64,000 nucleotides of DNA, from positions 310,001 through 374,000 of the forward strand of contig OZ316775.1 in NCBI GenBank assembly GCA_973851085.1, given 5' to 3'. Numbering within the stretch: position 1 is the first letter of the stretch; the number at the start of each line of letters is the position of its first letter. The position numbers were made by a program, and so were the translations under genes. The stretch comes from Ptychomitrium polyphyllum. Its lineage: Eukaryota. Under the pieces are notes generated by a model that was not told the DNA's origin, made no database searches, and saw only the letters and a list, made by a program, of their open reading frames with translations. Below, piece after piece: positions 24,728 to 37,675 of the stretch.

Positions 24728-27700
24728 TGTTGAAAAGGATGGAACATATAAAGTGATCCTAGTTGAAGTTTCTTTGTGTAGAACTAGTGCTTGATAGGTT
24801 GCTAATGGTCAAAAGGGTATCAAGGAAGAGGCCATAGAGGATATGGAGGCTAGGGTTAAGAAAAAGCAACAAGGGTTTTATATGGCGGCTAGAGTTAGGG
24901 CGGCCCTTAGGATTAGGGTGGCGGCTACGGCAGCTAAAATTAGCCGCCATGTGGCACTAATTAGTGGAAGCAAATACATGGCCGCCAAGTGACACACTTT
25001 GGTGGATGACTCCAAAGTATAAGTAAAGGAGTTTTAGAAGTAGGAGTCATCTTGTTCCATACTTCTCTTATTGCAACTTTGCTCTCTCTTTTTGCTTATT
25101 GTACTAGCTTTGTTGCATTTTTTCAATAGGTTATGGGCCCACTCACACTTAATTGTGCATTTTGAAGTAGTTTAAAGTGTTTGGAGTTTTTTTTCTTGTG
25201 TGGAGCAAGATCACTTGGTTGTTAGTAAAGATAGAGTTAGAATTGCCTAACTTTGAGGTTTTGCACATGTAGGTGCTTAATTTGATGTTTTTGAACTCTT
25301 GTAGGGTTGTGGATGTTGAAATTCCTTAGATAGTGAGTTACTTTGAGCAATGATAAGACCTTGATAGTATATTTGTTGAAATTCAAGCTCCCTAACACCT
25401 ACTTATTGTGCTTGGTGTTGTTGTCTTGTGAACTCTTTGACAAGAGTGCTTATTGAGTGGACATAATGGGTTGAAAGGCTTATCTTTGGATTCATAGTTG
25501 TGAAAACTTGTGAGAAGCTTAGGAGTCAATGAAATAGTTTGTTTGGAAATACAATTCTTACTTTTCTTCTTAAGGCATGGCTTTAAGTGAAGGTGAAGGT
25601 TTGAGGGTCATTCAAAAGTTTCATGGTGAGAATTTCTACCAATGGAACAATAGAATGGAGTTCTTGTTGGCTTCTTTGGATCTTTGAAACATCATAGATG
25701 AGAGTGAGGCTGCTCCACCATTGTCGGCGGATGCAAAGGAGAAGAAGGAGTTCCAACTTCATCAGAAGAAGGCTTTTGGCATCCTTGCTACCAACCTTGA
25801 TGATGCCAACTTCCCTCATATCATCTCTTGCAAAGGACCAGCAGAAGCATGGAAGACGCTTTGCAACATCTATGAAAGCAAGAACCTTTCCAACATCATC
25901 TTCACAAGTAGGAAGTTTTTGAACTGCAAGATGGAAGAAGGGCACGACTTCATGGCGCATGTGAATAAGTTGAAGGCCCTTGCAAGGCAACTTGCCAATG
26001 TGGAAAAGCCATTGGAGGATTTGGATGTTGTGATTACATTGCTCATGAGCTTGCCAGAATCTTATAACTATCTCATAGTGGCCTTGGTGTTGCGCACCTC
26101 TCTTTCAAGAGTGGCCGCAATATTAAGTTCACAAGGAGGACTTCAAAGTGACATCTGGAACTTTTGGTGTCGATAATAAAGTGACCCAAATAGGCCTAGC
26201 GTGGAAAGGATCCCGAGGAGAGAAACATCCTTGGCCATGTAGACCAAGGGCCACAAGGGAGAAATTGTGGGCATTGGAGTACTCACGACGAGTTGATTCT
26301 AGAATGTTAAAAATTGCTCAAATCAAACAAGTGATCTAAAAGATATGGCATTCCAAAATTGCGGCTACCAAGGGGCTGTTTTGGACTGTGGCAGGCCTAT
26401 ACAATGACTGTACTGGACTGGGAGAGTGCAAGGAGGGACTCCGTAGGAGTCTCAAAAATTAGGAGAGGCATATTTCCTAGAATACTAAGTCAAATTAAAT
26501 GTTTAAGGAGTCTATTGGCATGTATGCAAGGACTAAATGACAATAAAATGGTTACTTGATAGATTTGGACAACAAACGTGGAAGATATGGCTCTCAAAAG
26601 GTTCGTAGGAAGTCCCAAAGGCTTCCAGCAATTAAGTCCTAATAGAGATTAGGTAATCTTTCAAAGTTTTTGGTGTGTTGGAGTTTAGCTAGCTACAAAG
26701 GGCCAGGGGGCTTGCCAAATCGCACAGAGAGTACTATAGGGAAAGGTTGGTCTCCCTCCTCACTCCTTTGGTGTTCCCGTAGGAACCAAGTTCCCGGTTG
26801 GTAGAACTGGTATTGGAGCTTCACTATGGAGACTTCCACGCCATTATGAGTTGATGAATGATTGCTTTCATGAAAGCAACTAGTGAGATAAAAAGGGTAT
26901 GCTTGTAATCATTAAGTTGAGGTGGTGTTTTTATGCCGGCACTATAGACCCGGGGAGATCTTAAGATTACATGGGAATCATGAGTGGTAGTGAGGAGACA
27001 CTACTAAGTGCGGTTAGGCCGTGTGGAATGGGAGTAATATCAAGTGAGGCCTTGGACATAAATGGAAGACCAAACCTAACCATTGGCTACCAATCAATTG
27101 GGTATTTTAAGAGAAATGGTAGGATAAATTGGAAATCAAATCTGGACTTAGAGACTGAAAATAGAGGTTAACTATGTGCATGTAAGGATGTACAAGATTG
27201 ACGAGCGTGACATTGTTAAGGTGCATTACGAGGGTTGCAACACTTGGAGTCCATTCCCATCAAGGACCTCACTATGGACTATGTGATGGCGTGATTGAGC
27301 CTCGAGGAAACCAAGAGGAAAAAAAAGGCGACTTCAAGTGAGGACTCGGCCTTCTTTTTGAGGCAAGGCAAGGCCACCTACTCTAATCAACGTCTAAATC
27401 TTAAAACGTGCTTTGTGTGTGGAAAACCATGAAATTTTGCTCGAAAGTGCTACAAGGTCAAGAGAGGAGAGAAAGAGGATGCCAACCATGTAATGGACCA
27501 TCTTAAAGGTGGTGATTGTGCCTTCATGGCAAGAGAAGGGGCGCCTATGGCAGCTCTATCCAAGTGCATAATTCATTCGGGCGCCACAAAGCACATGACT
27601 CCTTACAAGACGCTCATTTCATACTTATGAGACAATTCCAGCCACTAGTGTGCTCATGGATGACAATGGCGTGGTGGAGGCCATTGGAATGGGTTCCATT

Positions 27701-30700
27701 ATGGTGGAGGTTGTTGTAGGAGGCAAGACCAAGAGGATTGCCTTCAAGGACATGCTCCATGTGCCAAAGATGAAGTCCAACCTCCTTTTGGTGAGCAAAC
27801 TTGTGATGCGAGGATTTGTGACTCATTTCAATGTGAATGGATGTGTTGTGAAGTCATTGGGTGGAGATGTTGTTGCCACAGGATTGAGGGATGGCAACTT
27901 GTACTTCATCAAGTGTAAGAAGGTGAATGAAGTGGAGGTGGTGGCCTTTGCTAAATTCACTCAAGATGAAGACAAGTTTAGCATATGGCATGGCCGCCTT
28001 GGGCACCTGAATGTGAAGGCCATGAAAGAGCTCCAAGGCATGGTAAATGGCTTGGATTTGGATACAACATGCTACAAGGCCAAGGAACTCACTTGTGAAG
28101 GTTGCATCCAAAACAAGCAACAAAGGGCGTTGTTTCCAAGTGGAGTGGCAATTCGTGCAAGCACATTGTTGGAGATTGTGCATTCCGACGTGTGTGGGCC
28201 TATGAGGACTCCATCCATGGGAGGCGCAAGGTATTTCCTCACCTTCATTGATGATTTTTTGAGGAAAGTGTGGGTGTTCATCTTCAAGGCCAAGAGCAAG
28301 TGCTTTGCAAGGTTCAAGGAGTTGAAGGCGCTTGTGGAGAAGCAATATAAGTCCAAGATCAAGGTATTGCATTCGGATAATGGTGGTGAGTTCTTATCCA
28401 AGTGTTTTGATGACTTCTTGAGGAATGAAGGCATTGCAAGGTAAACCTCCACTCCATACACTCCACAATAAAATGGAATTGTTGAGAAGGCAAACCGCAC
28501 CATTGTGGAGATGGCAAGGAGCATGCTTCATGCTCAACATTTTAGGCATGAGTTGTAGGCTGAAGCAGTGGTGAATGCGATGTACACAAAAAATAGGTGC
28601 TCCACAAGTGCTCTTGGATCCATGACCCCTGAAGAAGCTTGAAGTGGTAAAAAGCCTTGTGTTTCACATATGAGGACCTTTGGATGCCTTGCATATGCAA
28701 AGGTTACAAATTGCATGAGATCTAAGCTTGATGCAAAGGGTATAAAGTGTATGTTCTTTGGTTATTGTGAGGGCAGCAAAGCGTATAAGTTGATGTGTGT
28801 GAAGAGCAAAAAGATCATTAAGAGTCGTGATGTTGAGTTCTTGGAGCACAAGAATGCTTGTGAGCACTAAGGATTGTGTCCAAGTGGGAGTAATAGTGTA
28901 ATTGTAGACACATCTTCCACTTCAATAAAACAAGAAGGTGGAGATGTGGATGGAGGTGAAGGAACAATGGAGGGAGAGAGCAATTCAACTTCCACCTTTA
29001 AGAGTAGCAGAAGAGCCTCACAAGATGATGGTGAGCATCTTCATCCAAGTGAGGAGAATCAACCTCCAAGTGAAGTAAAAGTGTATGTATCGCAAGAAGA
29101 GAGGCCTGCAATGAGTGGTAGGAGGTACTCCATGAAGGAGAGGAGGCCGCTTGGTGAATGGTGGAAGAACCACATCTTTTTCCAAGTGAGTGCAGAACAT
29201 GCCAATGTTGCCCTCTTTGTTGATTCTTTAACTTTGTACGATGCCTTAAAGTCCACAAATGCCATGAAGTGGGAGAAGACCATGGAAGAGGAGTACAAGT
29301 CACTCATGGACAATGGCACATGGCACTTGACTCAACTTCCTCCAAATCGTTCTTCCATAGGTTGCAAGTGGATGTTTAGGACTAAGAGGGATGCTTCGGA
29401 TGCAATTGTGAGGCATAAGGCAAGATTAATTGTCAAAGGATACTTACAAGTTGCTGGTGTGGACTTCAATTAGACATTTTCACTTATAGCCAAATTCACC
29501 ACCATTAGGACCATTTTGGCTATAGCAGCGGCAATGGACTTGGAGGTCCAACAGATGGATGTGAAGACGGCCTTTTTAAATGGAGACTTGGAAGAAGACA
29601 TCTACATGGAGCAACCTCCAAGATTTGTACATGAAGGCTTAGAACACTTAGTTTGTTGGTTGAAGAAGGTCTTATATGGGCTGAAGCAATCACCAAGGGC
29701 ATAGTACCAACGCATTGATGCATTTTTTAGGAAGGAAGGGTTTGTGAGAAGCAAGGCGGATCATTCCTTGTATGTGATGCAAACCATGGAGTTATTATTG
29801 ATTGTGATCCTCTATGTGGATGACCTAATGATATTGGCCAACTTTTTGGAGAAGCTAGAATGGTTGAAGGCCAAATTAGAGCAGGAGTTTGAGATGAGTG
29901 ATTTGGGCGAGTTGTACTATTGTCTTGGAGTGGAATTTATGAGGGATCATGCAAAGGAGACCATTACCATGAGCCAGATGAAGTACATTGAGGAAGTGTT
30001 GAAGCAATTCAATATGGAAGATTGCAAAGCAGTGGGAACGCCCTTAGAGGCTAACTTAAGGTTGATGAAGCTAAGTTATGAGGAGTATGCTCAAGTAAAA
30101 GAAGAAATGCAAGGAATTCCATACAAGGCAGGAGTAAGGTGCTTCATATATGCCATGGAAGGCACAAGGTTTGATCTTGTATTTTTGGTGAGTGTTGTGA
30201 GCCAACACATGTCTAAGGCTGGCCCTATGTATTGAGCAACCATTAAGAGGATCATGAGGTACTTAAAGGGCATCTTTGACTTTGTATTGTGTTTGGAAGG
30301 TGATGACATTGAGTTGCAGGGATTTTGTGATGCGAATTGGGCTAGAAATGCAAATGATAGGCGCTCCACAACAGGGTATGTGTTCTTTGTTGGAGTGGGA
30401 GCCATTTCTTGGAACTGCAAGAGACAACCCACAATTGCAAGGTCAACCATGGAGGCGGAGTACATGGCGGCAAGCCATGGTGCAATGGAAGTAATGTGAC
30501 TAAGGCAACTCTTAGAGGACATTGAACTTGTACAAATAGATGCAGCGCATATTATGTGTGAAAATCAAGGATGTCTTGTCTTTGCTAAGAATTCCAAGCA
30601 TCACTTATAAACAAAGCACATTGACATCCAACATCACTTTACAAGAGAGAAGATTGAAGATGGAGTGATAGATATGAAGTATTGTGCAACAGAGGGCATG

Positions 30701-31236
30701 CTTGCTAATTTGTTAACAAAAACATTGATAAAAGATAGACACCACTTGTTGACAAGGTCAATTGGATTAAAGGTCCTTTAACCAATAACAAAGTGGGAAT
30801 GTTGAAAATGACAGAACATATAAAATGATCCTAATTGAAGTTTTCTTGTGTAGGGCTAGAGGTTGATAGGTTGCTAATGGTCAAAAGGATGTCAAGGAAG
30901 AGGCCATAGAGGATATGGAGGCTAAGATTAAGAAAAAACAACAAGGATTTTGTATGGCGGCTAGAGTTAGAGCGGCCGTTAAGTTTAGGGCGGCCATTAG
31001 GGTTAGGGTGGCTGTTAGGATTAGGGCGGCGGCTACGGCAGCTAGGGTTGGCCGCCACATGGCATTTATTAGTGGAGGCAAATGCATGGCCGGCAAGTGA
31101 CAGATCTTGGTAGATAACTCCAAAGTATAAGTAAAGGGATTTTAGAAGTGGGCAACATTTTGGTGTAGACTTCTCTTGATGCAACTTTGCTCTCTTTTCT
31201 TGCTTGTTGTACTAATTTTATTGCATTTGTTCAATA
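24728..31236 (+). mobile_element. Ty1/Copia LTR retrotransposon, decayed, inserted in the integrase of B
   Basis: LTRs 24728-25128 and 30800-31236; perfect TSD AAGAC; PBS GGTTATGGGCCCA (25129-25141); PPT AAAGTGGGAA; gag from ATG 25577; WHGRLGHLN, HSDVCGP, QMDVKTAFLNG, ILYVDDL, GFCDANWA. Confidence 0.96.
26088..27242. mobile_element. 1155-bp solo LTR of an unrelated family, inserted in the Copia gag
   Basis: Termini TGTTGC...GCAACA with perfect 5-bp TSD CTTGG (26083-26087 and 27243-27247). Gag reads through (LIVAL|ESIPIKDLTMDYV) once the insert is removed. Confidence 0.9.
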
Positions 31237-33447
31237 AAGACAATAATGTTATAATCTCTTCCATTTGCTTCCAATGGCTGAAATAGAGCCCTCCAAAAAA
31301 TCTATGGTTGTCATTATTGATAGATTTTATCACGAATCTACCAAATTCCGATTCTATGAATTTTCTCTTAGTAGTGGTAGATTAGTTTATCAAGATGACA
31401 CATTTCATTCAATACAATAAGACGGTAGCGGAAGACAAATTTGCCAAGTTGTTCCAAAATCACATCTACTACATACATGGACTACCAAATGATATTGCAT
31501 TCCATCAAGGGGCATAGTTCATTTCAACTTTTAGAGGGCTCTATTTCAGCTATTGCGGGTGAAGATCAATTTTTTTTTCAGCACACCAGCCATGAATTGA
31601 CAATCAAATTGAAAGTGTGAATTAAATTTTGGAGCAACACCTTTGTTGCAGCATAATATACCAGCACAACAATTGAATGGATTTTTTACCTTTAACAAAG
31701 TTTTTTTATAATAGTAGAATGCAGTTTTTCAACAACTCTATGTCTATTCTTTGCAAACTATGGCCATCATCCTCAAGAAGATCCATTTGAAGTGAAGCAT
31801 ATTGGAAGTCTTGTAATAAAATATTTTGCAATTCAACTTGTTAAAATCCACAAAGAACTTGCTTTCCATGTACAACAAGCTGAAGATTGGTACAAAATTT
31901 ATGTAGATCATCAATGGAAGGACCATCTGAAGTTTAAGGTTAGAGATAGTGTATGGCTTCTACAACAAAATTTACAAACAAAAAGGCCGTCAAAAAAAAT
32001 GGACTATCAGTGGTTGGAACCGTTTGAAATTAGCAAATAAATAAATCTGGTTAATTATTGCCTCCAACTACCACCAACCATACAAATTCATCCAGTGTTT
32101 TACACATTGTTATTGAAAACGTATAATAATTCAAATATACTAGAAAGGATTGTCCTTCCACTTCCTCCAATGGAGATCAATAATGAAATGAAGTATGAAG
32201 TTAAAGAGATCTTAGATTCACGCATAAAAAACGGATATGTAAAGTACTTTATACATTGGTAAAGATATGGCATCAATGACCAAACATGGGAACCTTTGAT
32301 GAACATAACAATTACATTTGACAAGGTATGCAAATTTTATCAAAGATATCCTCAGAAACCTAGTCATTGATGACATATTACGTTAAATGAATAACAATGA
32401 GTTATATGGAAGATATTTCTTATAGACAATTATAAAAAAAGATGAGCAATATTCAAATCTTCAAATGTATGTAGCATTATTTTTAAGATAGATCATTTTC
32501 AAATCCTTGTTGATATGTTAAGTCTTTGTATTATGATGGATATGCATGAAGAGTAGTTGACCGTGCCTTCTTCAATAGCAATAATATTGAATCAACTCAA
32601 ATATCTCAACCTTTAACATTGGATGATCTATGCCAAAATATGAGTGAGACATTCCAATGTTGAATGCAACCTTGTGGAGAAGTATTGGCTAGTTTTATTT
32701 TACATTCCAATATTAATTTAAATGCTTGAGCTTTAGTCATTTTGCTAGAAATTGGAAGAGTCATACTTGAAAGATTAGAAATTATGTTTGGAGGATGTTT
32801 TGAAGGTTTTGATCAAGATTAAATCTTGAGTTGGAACATTTCAACAACAAAAGTCTTGGATGGTGGTCACAGTGCTTTTTGCAAGGATGAGAAGAATTGG
32901 TAGACAATGAACAACAAGCAACATATGTTGCTTCTTTACTACAACAAATTTTGAATTTTGTGGAGATGTGACGAGCAAGCTAAAAGAGAAGTTTTTCATG
33001 GAACTTATTGCTCAAAGGGGATGTGATGTTACAAATATAGAACATGCAATATAGTCTTAAAAACCTTCCAGAACCTTTTGATATATTGTAGTAGTTTCTT
33101 AGGATACTTTCAATGTTTTCAAAGCTGTTTCTACTTCTTTAAAAAACTTCCTAAGAAGATTCTACCAATTTAAGTAACTTACTCAAAAGGCTCCAACTTC
33201 TTAAAGAGGTTCTTAGGAAAGTTTCTCCGCCTTGGAAAACTTCTTAAGAAGGATCCACTTCCATGGAAAACTTCCTAAATAGATTCTGCCGTTTTAGGAA
33301 GGTAAAATAATTTTTTACAATATTCTTGAATTTTATAGGAAGCTTCTTCAAAAGTATCTTTGGAAATACAATTGTCATAGTATAAATAAGAGACAAGACA
33401 AGATATACCTTAGTTGTGCCAATACAAATTCTGGATCATATTATATT

Positions 33448-35873
33448 TGTCACGGACATAGATCATGCAACATAGTCTTTAGAATATTCTAGAACCTTCT
33501 GGTATATTATAGTAGCTTCTTATAATACTTTTAGATGTCTTCATAGCCTTTCCATGTTTTTAAGAAGCTTCCTAGCAAAGTTCCTCCACTTTAAGAAACT
33601 TCCTAGGAAGCTTCTAACATCTTAGGAATCTTCTTGGAAAGGTATACTAGACTTCTAGAACATTCTTAAGCCTTGTAGGCAGCTTCTTTAGAAGTAATCT
33701 AGGAGATACAAACGTCATAATATAAATAGGAGGCAAGACAAGGTAGTCTTTAGTCTTGCCAACATAAGTTGTGGATCATCTTGAATCTTGCCTTGTTCTA
33801 GTCTTTGTATCAAGTTTTTGTTAATCATTAGTTCCTTGGAAGCTAATTCTTGGGAAACACTTTGTTTTTGCTTCTTGTTTCTTGTATCCCTAATAGTTTG
33901 GCAAGAATACTCTTCATCTTTGTCAATGTTAAGGTTCTTTGAAGAAGATTATGGATTACCCCTCTTCTTTAGAATTCCATAGCATCTTAGAAGTTGCAGA
34001 TTATCCTCCTCTAAGCTGGCACAATAGATTGGTTTTTCCTTGTAGAACCAAGTATTATTTCTTTTAAAGGACGTGGATTATCCTCTTTTAAAGGTATCCA
34101 TAGTCTTTTTTATTTTCGACAATCTTAAAAAATGGATAACATGTCTAGAATATCAAAGAATAGATTTGCAACTATTGCAGACCTTCAAGAGTTATTAAAC
34201 ACAGTTCAAATAGAACTTGCTCGCTTCAATACCACCAACAATTCAGAGCAACAGACTTAGCAAGCTGAGGAATCCAATGGTTTTATTCAAAGTCTGTATC
34301 AAGAGGTTGCTTGATTGCGAGAGGCCAATATTGAAAGAGAAGGCTTACGTCAAACCCATATAGAGCCACAGGTTAATGTACCAGACAAGTTCGGTAGATT
34401 TAAATTAAAATTAAGAGATTTTATTCAACAATTGATGGTTCTTCTTTAGTTGGCATCAATGACCAAATATGAAAACCTTCAATGAATGTAACAAATGCAT
34501 TCAAGAAGGTACGCAAATTTTATCAAAGATATCCTTAGAAACCAAGTCAATGATGACATGTCTTCAGTAGCCGTTAGCTACATAGAGAAGTTTTTCCTTC
34601 ATAGACAAGTATAAGAAGGGAAAAGAGATATCCAAACCTCCAATTGTATGCAGCATTATTTCCAAGATAGATCATTTCTAGATCCTAGCTAGTATATCAA
34701 ATCTTTGTGTTATAATAGATATGCATGAAGAGCAGCCGGCCATGCCTTTATCAACAACAACATCTGTTGAGCCAACTCAATTTTCTCAGCCTTCAGTAAT
34801 GGAGGATCTAAGCCAAGATATGAGAAGGACATTCCAACGTCAATTACAACCTTGTGTAGAAGTATTGGCTAGTTGCCTTTCATATTTTAGTTTTAATTCA
34901 GATGCTTACGCTCTACTCATTTTGTTAGAGATTGGAAGAGTCGTTCTTAGAGGATACGAAATCTTATTTGTAAGATGTTTTGAAGGACTTAATGAAGATC
35001 AGATCTAGGATGGGACAGTTCAACAACAAAAGCCTTGGTTGGTGGTCATCGGCATTTCTTGCAAGGTACAATTGAATTAGTGAATAAAGAACAACGAGCA
35101 GAATATGTTGCCTCACTCCTTTGAAATTTTTTGGAATTTGTAGAAATGTAACAAGCAAGCCATTAAAAGAGCTCCTCATGGAACTCGTCGGTAAATGAAG
35201 AGGTGATATCACGGACATAGATCATGCAACATAGTCTTTAGAACATTCTAGAACCTTCTGGCATATTATAGTAGCTTCTTAGAATACTTTTAAATGTCTC
35301 CATAGCCTTTCCATGTTTTTAAGAAGCTTCCTAGGAAAGTTCCTCCACCTTAGGAAAGTTCTACCACTTTAGGAAACTTCCAGAGAAAGGTTCCATCATC
35401 TTAAGTAATTTTTTAGGAATCTTCCTAAGGAAATTCCATCACCTTAGTAAACTTCCTAGGAAAATTCTACCATTTTAAGAAACTTCCTTTAGAAGGTTCT
35501 ACCTCTTTAGGAAACTTCCTAAGAAGGTTCCACTACCTTAGGAAACTTCCTAAGAAGGTTCCACTACCTTAGGAAACTTCCAAGGCAAGTTCCAACATCT
35601 TAAAAAACTTCTTTGGAAGGTTCCCTAGACTTCTAAAACATTCTTAAGCCTTGTAGGGAGCTTCTTTAGAAGTATCTAGAAGATACAAGCGTTATAGTAT
35701 AAATAGGAGGCAACATAAGGTATTCCTTAATCTTGCCAACACAAATTGTGGATCATCTTGAATCCTGCCTTATTTTAGTCTTTATATCAAGTTTTTGTTA
35801 ATCATTAGCTCTTTGGAAGTTAGTTCTTGTGAAATATTTTGTTTTTGCTTCTTATTTTTTTGTGTCTTTAACA
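33448..35873 (+). mobile_element. Element C: 2.4-kb internally deleted, non-autonomous family-1 chromovirus inserted in the 3' LTR of B
   Basis: LTRs 33448-33895 and 35207-35873; TSD ATATT/GTATC (the empty site in the other B LTR reads GTATT); gag start joined to the chromodomain end at 34451-34460. Confidence 0.92.
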
Positions 35874-37675
35874 GTATCTTGCCTTGCTTTAGTCTTTATA
35901 ATAATTCTTGTTACTCACTGGTTCTTTCAAAGCTAATTTTTGGGAAACACTTTGGCTTTGCTTTATAATTTTTGTATTTATAACAATTTGTTTGCAACAT
36001 TAATTGGAAAATAGAAGCTTTAATGAGTCAGTTTCATTTGGATGCACGTACCAAGGTTTAATATTTGTGCCTATCTATGCTAGATCTTCAGATTCCTGAT
36101 AAAGCCATCAATTAAGCTTTAAAATATGATATACGTTTATTTTAGCGTTGTAAAAGATAAACTAGCTTTAACTACATCATAGCCATAAACCAACTTCTTG
36201 ATAGCTTAAGCCTTGTTTACTTCCAATTAATATTTGAAAAAAAAAGGCCATGTAGATTGATGTAATTTTCTTCAAGCCACTTACTAAGTACAAGATAAAA
36301 CTTCCAAAGGAATAAAACTTGTGTTTGTATTGTAAAAAATTTGACTACAAAGTTGAAAATTTGTCCCAAAAAATCCCTATGTATATATTAGATGAGGTAT
36401 ACAACCACAACACCAAATTCTTTGTAAGAAAATGGAAAAGTCTAGCTATAAGAAGAATCGTGCGGATGATTACGCTTCTTTTGCAATAAAAAGGGTCCTA
36501 ATATATTAATTCATTCTTCTTCTTGTTTTACTCTATCTGTTTGTTTAGGTGTTCAAAAGCTTTAAGGCCTTTTTCTATTGGATTTGGAACTTTTTACTTG
36601 CTTTATTAAAGATGAATTTTTGAAAATCCATAAGTTTCTTTTTATTAAAAAATCCAAGTCCGTCCATGTAAAAGATATAAATGATCGACATCTATTCCTC
36701 AAAAATTTTGTTCATAAGACTACCATATTAATAATAATATCATATAACCATGTATTGAAGTGATATTTAATATTATTAGGTCTTTATCAAGTCCCATCAT
36801 TCTAAGTCTTTCTTGGCTGATAATATACAACCCACATTTAGATTGGGCATTTTGTAAAATAGAATTTCCTACATTAGAACTTGTAATCACCAAGCCTAGT
36901 GAGGAAATTCATGCATCTTAGAGATGTAAGACCACAAAGCCTTTTTTTATTGGAGCTAAAACATTCATGAGGGTAGCAAAAAATGACAAGTTTTTATTAT
37001 TTATGAAACTCCAACATCCAGAGATGTAGCTTCATTATTGGCCATTCAAAAAAATAAGGATTTTGAAGCTGCATTTGAAAAAAAGAATGCAAACACTCTA
37101 TTAAAACATTGTACCTACAATTTTAACCATTGATTTCCAATATGCCTTTCAACCACCATTTGGAACAATTTTCAACTTGTCCCAAAATAAGCATTTGGCA
37201 TTAAGGGAGTATATTGATAGAAACTTAGCCAAGAATTTCATTTGACACAATGCTCCAATAATTTTTTCTTCAATACTTTTTATTTTGATACTTTACAAAA
37301 GTGTTCTAATATTTTTTGTAAAAAAGCAGAATCAATCTTTACAAATGTGTATTGATTATTGCAGCCTCAATAAAATGACAGTGAAGAACTATTATCCATT
37401 GTCGTTGACTTTTAGACTTTTAAATCAACTTAGCCAAGCAAATATCTATATCAAAATAGACTTGTAAAGAGCTTATAATTTGGTGCACATACATACTGGA
37501 AACATAAAGAAAACGTTAAGTTGAAGAAGTCATGGACATTTTGAATCCAATGTTATGCCTTTTAAACTTACCAATGCACCCACTATTTTCCTATACTTAA
37601 TATATCATATATTTTGCAAGTACCTCAATGATTTTCCCGTATGCTATTCAAACATTATTATAATTTGCTCAACGA

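Larger units (their letters stand above)
14127..35985 (+). mobile_element. Element B: decayed family-1 (RLG1/Tcn1-like) chromovirus inserted in the gag of A and interrupted three times
   Basis: 5' LTR 14127-14405 plus 20947-21146; gag-pol remnants 21400-24727 and 31242-32370; PPT ~33014-33026; 3' LTR 33027-33447 plus 35879-35985. Colinear with element B'. TSD is degenerate. Confidence 0.85.
12918..37675 (+). mobile_element. Element A: oldest, highly decayed Ty3/Gypsy chromovirus (family 2), host of the nest
   Basis: 5' LTR ~12918-13325 resembles 37676-38097. Gag remnant runs to 14126 and resumes at 35986. Protease/RT remnants (FFVKKQNQSLQMCIDY, IYIKIDL) run to 37675, where element D inserted. 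Its RT/RNase H continues inverted at ~40321-40947. Confidence 0.8.

Noticed and set aside
26088..27242. Insert read as a DNA transposon or as host genes (ORFs at 26148, 26359, 26971)
   Set aside because: TG...CA ends, a short terminal inverted repeat and a 5-bp TSD fit a solo LTR; the ORFs are short and motif-free.
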